The notes under the pieces were generated by a model that saw nothing but the letters and a program-made list of their open reading frames with translations, was not told where the DNA came from and did no database searches. A stretch of 64,000 bases of DNA from Granulicella sp. (GTDB lineage: Bacteria; Acidobacteriota; Terriglobia; Terriglobales; Acidobacteriaceae): the NCBI GenBank assembly GCA_027339965.1, contig DAHWNL010000076.1, positions 15,012-79,011 of the forward strand, given 5' to 3'. The position numbers and the translations under genes are program-made. Each line of letters starts with the position of its first letter. Position 1 is the first letter of the stretch. This document shows positions 58,555-64,000 of this stretch, piece after piece.

Positions 58555-59907
58555 ATGCATAGCCTTAGCTTGCATCTGCAAATGACAGAGTTCTGGCGCG
58601 GCATCCTCCGGACGGTGGCGTGGGGGGGCGCACTGGTGTGGGTGCTGCGTACCTATGACCTGGTCTCTCGCATTCCGGCGATGCCGAATTTGACCATGTT
58701 GGACTGGGACGAGATGCCGGAGGGAATGCCGACGCTTACCGTGGTGGTGCCGGCGCGCGACGAGGTGGAGAACATCGGAGCCACGCTGGATGCCTTGTTG
58801 GCAGCCGACTATCCAGCATTGCGCGTGCTGGTGGTGGATGACCGCTCGAAGGATGGGACGGGAGAGATCGTCGACCGGTATGTGGAAGAGCATGCGCAGC
58901 GGCTGCGGAGCCGAGAGCCGGGAAGGAGACATGTGGGGCCGGAGCGTCTGGGCGCGATCCACATCACCGATCTGCCGGAGGGCTGGTTAGGCAAGACCTT
59001 TGCGATGATGGTGGCCACCGAGAACAGCGACTCCGAGTATCTTCTGTTTACCGATGCCGATGTGCTTTTTTCTCCCTCGGTGCTGCGCCGCGCACTGGTG
59101 TATGCGCGAGATGCAGAGGCTGACCACCTGGTGGTTCTGCCGACGGTGCAGGTGAAGTCCTGGGGCGAAGGCGTTCTTTTGGGATTTCTGCAGGCGTTGG
59201 GAGTTTGGGCGTCAAGGCCCTGGAAGGTGGAGGATCCAAAGGCACGCCACGATGTGGTTGGGATTGGCGCCTTCAATCTGGTGCGCCGTCAGGCGCTGGA
59301 GGAGATCGGCGGATGGCTCCCGCAGCGGATGGCCGTGCTGGAGGACGTCACCCTCGGGCGGCGGATGAAGGCTGCAGGAATGCGCGAGCGCCTGGCGTTT
59401 GCTTCGGGCATGGTACTGGTGCATTGGGCCAGTGGATGGGGCGGGTTGCTGCGGACGACGACCAAAAACCTCTTCGCCGCGTTCAACTTTCAACCCCTGC
59501 TGGTCCTGCTGGGCTGGCTTTGGATAGGGATCTTTTTTCTGCTGCCCTTGCTGGGATTAGCGTGGCTGCCGACGCTGCTGCCGTCGTTGCTGATTCTGTG
59601 CTGCATCGGAGCAACCTATCGCGTGCTGGGCACAGTGAGCTGGATTGATGCGCGCTATGGGTGGTTTTACCCCGTGGGAGCTCTTGGGGTGATCTATGCC
59701 ATGCTGCGATCCATGGTGGTCGTGACCGTCAAGCGTGGTGTATTATGGCGCGGAACGACCTATCCGCTGCGCGAGTTGCGCCTGCACAACGACCCGTTGG
59801 TTTGGGAGCGAGAGGCGCGCCGGCAGCGCGAGAAAGAGACCAAGGCCAGGCGCGTGGCAAGAAGACACGCCGAATCGGAGAAGCGCCGCAAGACCAAGAA
59901 CGGGTGA
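58555..59907 (+). CDS. Membrane GT2 glycosyltransferase (CrtQ/HpnB-like)
   Basis: VPARDE, VDDRSKDGT, WLGK, FTDAD and LED; C-terminal transmembrane helices. Confidence 0.87.
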   Translation: MHSLSLHLQMTEFWRGILRTVAWGGALVWVLRTYDLVSRIPAMPNLTMLDWDEMPEGMPTLTVVVPARDEVENIGATLDALLAADYPALRVLVVDDRSKDGTGEIVDRYVEEHAQRLRSREPGRRHVGPERLGAIHITDLPEGWLGKTFAMMVATENSDSEYLLFTDADVLFSPSVLRRALVYARDAEADHLVVLPTVQVKSWGEGVLLGFLQALGVWASRPWKVEDPKARHDVVGIGAFNLVRRQALEEIGGWLPQRMAVLEDVTLGRRMKAAGMRERLAFASGMVLVHWASGWGGLLRTTTKNLFAAFNFQPLLVLLGWLWIGIFFLLPLLGLAWLPTLLPSLLILCCIGATYRVLGTVSWIDARYGWFYPVGALGVIYAMLRSMVVVTVKRGVLWRGTTYPLRELRLHNDPLVWEREARRQREKETKARRVARRHAESEKRRKTKNG

Positions 59908-60099
59908 ACGCATCCGGCGCGGACGCAGAGCCAGCCAACTTCGCCTGGGTGAATGCTTCTAGCAAGGTGAAACGGCAAGCATATCGAGTGAGGTATGACG
60001 CACCTGCCGCGCTATCTCATTGACGTAGTCGGTTCCGGGACGTTCCATGTCCGCCAGATTGGTTCTGTCGTAAGTCGTCTTGCTGCGCAGGGAGCAACC

Positions 60100-60876
60100 A
60101 TGAGGAGCAAGCCTGTGTATAGGCGGTTCTCGGCATGCCCTGTTTCACGGTTTCAAAGAGCCATCTTAGGCAGGTGGAGACATGCGTTTTGCGTCTGTTT
60201 TTTCCTCAGTCTCTTTCCAGGCCTATCGTGGGCACAGAATCCATGCAAATCGGCTTCCGGTCCGAATCCTCTTTCGGGGCGCGAGCCCGGTGAGCTTTTC
60301 TTTGAGGGCTATGTCGCAAACGATACCTTTAAGTTCGGTGCCGGTGAAGTCAGTTCAAGCATCGACTACGCAGGCGTCGAATATGACAGCCATAGTTCTG
60401 ATACTCACTGTACGTTCATGGGCCGAGTCTGGAAGACGCTGCCCGATCTTCTTCATGCGCGGGTGTCGTACGTCTTTGAAGCGCTTCCATTGGTTTTGAT
60501 TCGGCAGCCTGTGGTAACGGATATCTATGGTGACGCATTGACTCCGGCGCGCAAATGGAATCCAGGGATCGAGATTGCGCCGCTCGGGTTTCGTTGGCAA
60601 TGGCGTGATCGCAAAGCCGTCCGCCCCTACTGGGTTGTCAAATTGGGCGAATCGGTTTTTCTTGAAAAAGCTCTCGCCATAGATGCCTCCTACGAAAATT
60701 TCATGATCAACTCCGCAGCCGGCATTCAGGCCAGGATCCATCACAAAACCGATCTCCGCCTGGGTTATGCCTTCCAGCACTTATCCAACGCCTATACCAA
60801 CGCTGATCCTGGGCTCGATACGCTCGGGTTCAGTTTTGGTTTTGTCCATCACTTTTCGTCATCCAGCAGGTGGTAA
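60100..60876 (+). CDS. Outer-membrane beta-barrel, acyloxyacyl hydrolase/PagL-like lipid A deacylase
   Basis: C-terminal QHLSNA....PG matches the PagL-type H-x-S-N-A catalytic motif; alternating beta-strand pattern; GGAG precedes ATG 60100. Confidence 0.65.
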   Translation: MRSKPVYRRFSACPVSRFQRAILGRWRHAFCVCFFLSLFPGLSWAQNPCKSASGPNPLSGREPGELFFEGYVANDTFKFGAGEVSSSIDYAGVEYDSHSSDTHCTFMGRVWKTLPDLLHARVSYVFEALPLVLIRQPVVTDIYGDALTPARKWNPGIEIAPLGFRWQWRDRKAVRPYWVVKLGESVFLEKALAIDASYENFMINSAAGIQARIHHKTDLRLGYAFQHLSNAYTNADPGLDTLGFSFGFVHHFSSSSRW

Positions 60877-61065
60877 AGAGCACGGAAGATTGCGGGGTGC
60901 ATGCGTTTTGCCCTGCGATAGGCCCCAATTGGTTTCACGGTAGAGCTCGGCTTGAACCGCGTGAGACGGAAGTTAAGTGCTTCGGCAAGGCCGGACCAGG
61001 CAGGGTAGAAGCCTTTTCCAGAAGAAGGGTGTCATACCCCGGTCCTTTCCGTCAGGCGGTGCAGT

Positions 61066-63552
61066 TCAGGTTCCCAAAGCGAGATCCAGCAGGGTCTTTT
61101 CCTCCATCGCGTGGGCTTTGGAACTGCCTGTAGCGGGGCTGGCCGCGGCGGTGCGTTTGACGCTGAGAACGGCTCTGGACCCGCACAGGCGGCGTAGTTG
61201 CGGAAGGACAAACGTGAGGGCGCCCATGTTCGCCGGTTCCTCCTGGACCCAGACGACCTCGCCGGCCGAGGGGTGCTGGTTGAGGGCTGCCTGAAGTTCC
61301 GCCTCGGGGAAGGGATAGAGCTGATCGAGAAAGAGGATGGCGACATCGGAGATGTTGCGCCTGGCTCGCTCCACGCGCAGGTTGTGGCCGATCTTGCCCG
61401 AGCACACCAGGATCCGTCGAGGGTTGCTCACGGAGGTGTCGGGCAGGACAGTCTGGAATCTGTCCAGAGCAAAATCGGTGAGCGGGGAGAGCGCGTCGGG
61501 ATGGCGCAGCATGGACTTAGGAGTAAAGACGATAAGGGGTTTGCGCCAGCGGCGCAGGGCTTGACGGCGAAGAAGATGGAAGAACTGCGCTGCCGTGGAG
61601 GGCTGCGCTATCTGAAGGTTGTCCTGGGCGGCGAGCTGCAGGAAGCGCTCGGGCCGGGCGCTGGAGTGCTCAGGTCCTTGCCCCTCGTAGCCGTGGGGAA
61701 GCAGAAGGACCAGGCCGGAGAGCAGTCCCCACTTGGCTTCGGCGGCGGAGAGGAACTGGTCGATGATGATCTGGGCGCCGTTGGCGAAGTCGCCGAACTG
61801 CGCCTCCCAAAGGACCAGAGCCTCGGGGTAGTCGCGTGAGAAGCCGTACTCGAAGCCCAGGCAGGCAGCCTCCGAGAGCATGGAGTTATGGACCGACCAG
61901 CGGCCCTGATGCGGAGCAATGTGATTCAGCGGAGAGTAGCGAGTCTCGGTTTCAACATCGACGAGAACCGAGTGACGCTGATTGAACGTGCCACGCTGGG
62001 AGTCCTGGCCGGAGAGGCGCACCGGCGCGCCGGCCTTGAGCAGGGAGGCGTAGGCCAGCAACTCGGCCAGCCCATAGTCGACGGGCCTTTTCCCATCTCC
62101 CATCTCGGCGCGCTGCTCCAGCAGCTTGGCAACCTTCGGATGAAGGTGAAAGCCCTGCGGGACGGTGGTGAGGGCGGTGGCGAGGGAGGCGATCTCGGCA
62201 GCCTGCAGGCCGGTGACGGGGTTGTCCTCGGGGCGAAGTGGTCCGCCGTAGTAAGAATCCCAGTAGGGACGGATGTCAAAGAGGCGGGGTTTACGGCTGG
62301 CTCGCGTTGCGGATTTTTGCTCCTCCAGAAGGAGGGCACGGACTTGCGCGGCCTCCGCTGCGGGGTCGATGCGGTTCTTCTGGGCGTAAATCTGATAGAG
62401 AGGCGGATGATCCTTGATCTTGGCGTAGCGCAATGGCTGGGTGATGGTGGGGTCGTCTACCTCCGAGTGACCGTGGCGGCGGTAACCGATCAGGTCTACC
62501 ACGACATCGGAGTGGAAGGTTTGGCGGTACTCCGCAGCCAGCGCCGCGATGCGGACCACGGCCTGGGGATCCTCCGCGTTGACATGGAAGATAGGGATGG
62601 GCAGGCGCTTGGCCAGATCAGAGGCGAAGCGGGATGAGTTAGACTCCCCGGGGAGTGCGGTAAAGCCGAGAAGATTGTTGACGATCACCTGGATGGCGCC
62701 ACCGATGTTATAGCCGTGCAAGGAGGCGAGGTTCAGAGATTCGGCCCAGATGCCCTGGCCGGCAAAGGCAGCATCGCCGTGCAGAATCATGGGCAGAACC
62801 TGGTTGCGGGCCTGCAGAAAGTCCGCTGTGGTTCCATCCTTGGCCAGCCGCTCCTGATAGGCGCGACTGCGGCCCATAATGACCGGGTCGGCGGCCTCCA
62901 GGTGGCTGGGATTTGAGGCCAGATGGAGATGCACGGTCCTGCCCGGCGCGGTGAGAAACTCTCCAGTCGCTCCAATGTGGTACTTGACGTCTCCACCGCC
63001 CAGGGTGCTGCGCGGGTCTACGTCCTCGAATTTCGTGAAGATCTCGCGGGAGGCTCGGCCGACGATGTTGACCATGACGTTGAGGCGGCCGCGATGACTC
63101 ATCGCAAAAATCGAGCGGTTGACGCCACCCTCGGCGGCGGTGGTGAAAAGCTGATCCAGGAAAGGGATGAGGACGGTAAGGCCTTCGAGAGAGAAGCGCT
63201 TGGTGCCGGGATAGCGCTGCTGGATCACCTGCTCGAAAATGTCCGCGCGGATGAGGCCGGAGAGAATCCGATTAGGTGTGAGGAGGGATGGGGTGGAGAC
63301 GGCCGAGCTATCTTCAAGACGCTCCTGGATCCAGACGCGCCGTTCCAGGGAGGGGATGTGCATGAACTCGGCGCCAATGGAAGAGCAGTAGATGCGGCGA
63401 GCTTCCCGAGTGTCAGTGGACTCTTCCTCGGGAGGTTGGGAGACGGGGAAGGACTGGGGTGGAAGGAACTGCCCGAGCGGGTCGAGAGAAGCCTGGAGAT
63501 AGCCCCAGCGGCGAAAGATGTCAAAGGTCGATTCTCGTGAAGTAGAAGGCAT
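61066..63552 (-). CDS. sucA: 2-oxoglutarate dehydrogenase E1 component
   Basis: KRFSLEG, HRGRLN, GDVKYH, NPSHLE, ThDP motif HGDAAFAGQG, WEAQFGDF and GQGPEHSS. Confidence 0.96.
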   Translation of the reverse strand: MPSTSRESTFDIFRRWGYLQASLDPLGQFLPPQSFPVSQPPEEESTDTREARRIYCSSIGAEFMHIPSLERRVWIQERLEDSSAVSTPSLLTPNRILSGLIRADIFEQVIQQRYPGTKRFSLEGLTVLIPFLDQLFTTAAEGGVNRSIFAMSHRGRLNVMVNIVGRASREIFTKFEDVDPRSTLGGGDVKYHIGATGEFLTAPGRTVHLHLASNPSHLEAADPVIMGRSRAYQERLAKDGTTADFLQARNQVLPMILHGDAAFAGQGIWAESLNLASLHGYNIGGAIQVIVNNLLGFTALPGESNSSRFASDLAKRLPIPIFHVNAEDPQAVVRIAALAAEYRQTFHSDVVVDLIGYRRHGHSEVDDPTITQPLRYAKIKDHPPLYQIYAQKNRIDPAAEAAQVRALLLEEQKSATRASRKPRLFDIRPYWDSYYGGPLRPEDNPVTGLQAAEIASLATALTTVPQGFHLHPKVAKLLEQRAEMGDGKRPVDYGLAELLAYASLLKAGAPVRLSGQDSQRGTFNQRHSVLVDVETETRYSPLNHIAPHQGRWSVHNSMLSEAACLGFEYGFSRDYPEALVLWEAQFGDFANGAQIIIDQFLSAAEAKWGLLSGLVLLLPHGYEGQGPEHSSARPERFLQLAAQDNLQIAQPSTAAQFFHLLRRQALRRWRKPLIVFTPKSMLRHPDALSPLTDFALDRFQTVLPDTSVSNPRRILVCSGKIGHNLRVERARRNISDVAILFLDQLYPFPEAELQAALNQHPSAGEVVWVQEEPANMGALTFVLPQLRRLCGSRAVLSVKRTAAASPATGSSKAHAMEEKTLLDLALGT

Positions 63553-63963
63553 GCACTTCTAGAATGGCATGGGAGCGCTTTTCGGGGCGAGTGGGATCTT
63601 GTGATCTCTATCACAGACGGGCCTCCCGCGCCGGCATCAGGATGAAGTTGTCGGAGATTTTGCGATGCACTCGAAGGGAATTCCCGAGGAGGTGCAGGGA
63701 GCGTATCCGAGCTTCTATACCTGCACCGGACCGTGCGCTGGATATCGAAGCAGGTTATCTTGTCCTCCGCTATTGGTCCTGGCGACCTTGGCCAAGGAGA
63801 AGGAAGACATTGTTCGCTGCTTGGAGAAAAAGAACACGATCTGGAGCAGCGATGTGCTGGGAATGATCTTCAGCCGGTGAACTTGCTGTCGGCAGGACGG
63901 TGACTACCGGTCGCTGAAGCTCTATTCGGGGCTCTCTTGGGAGAAAGGGTCTCAGGATAGAGA

Positions 63964-63997
63964 GATTGCCGCTCGAGGTCCCTCTCGAGCGGCAATC
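63964..63997. terminator. Terminator-like hairpin at the window end
   Basis: 14-bp perfect stem GATTGCCGCTCGAG-gtccct-CTCGAGCGGCAATC; context beyond the window is unknown. Confidence 0.5.
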
Positions 63998-64000
63998 GAA

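Noticed and set aside
63564..63880. Short + strand ORFs upstream of sucA
   Set aside because: No motifs, atypical composition and mutually overlapping frames; not supportable as genes.

Overview
GC-rich chromosomal window whose gene content and protein style point to an Acidobacteriota (Terriglobia/Acidobacteriaceae-like) genome; the taxon is inferred. Most of it is housekeeping: recJ (cut by the window edge), a PPi-type 6-phosphofructokinase, cspA, smc, msrPQ, rnhB, rplS, trmD, uvrA, pepA, smpB, queF, sucA and tRNAs Glu(CTC), Cys(GCA) and Gly(GCC). It also holds a full set of hydroxyproline catabolic enzymes with a divergent GntR regulator, two TPR-bearing secretins (one with a cohesin-like tail and two pseudopilins), two PIG-L deacetylases, an orphan tetraheme cytochrome c, a low-GC PagL-like gene and several secreted hypothetical proteins. 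I found no CRISPR array, prophage, integrase or transposase. The main unexplained signal is a family of about 117-bp intergenic palindromic elements: at least six copies, all in the same orientation, three of them containing the TAA stop codon of the neighbouring gene. A 4 x 19-bp tandem array over the cspA promoter is the second. Product calls come from motif recognition by eye, not database searches.
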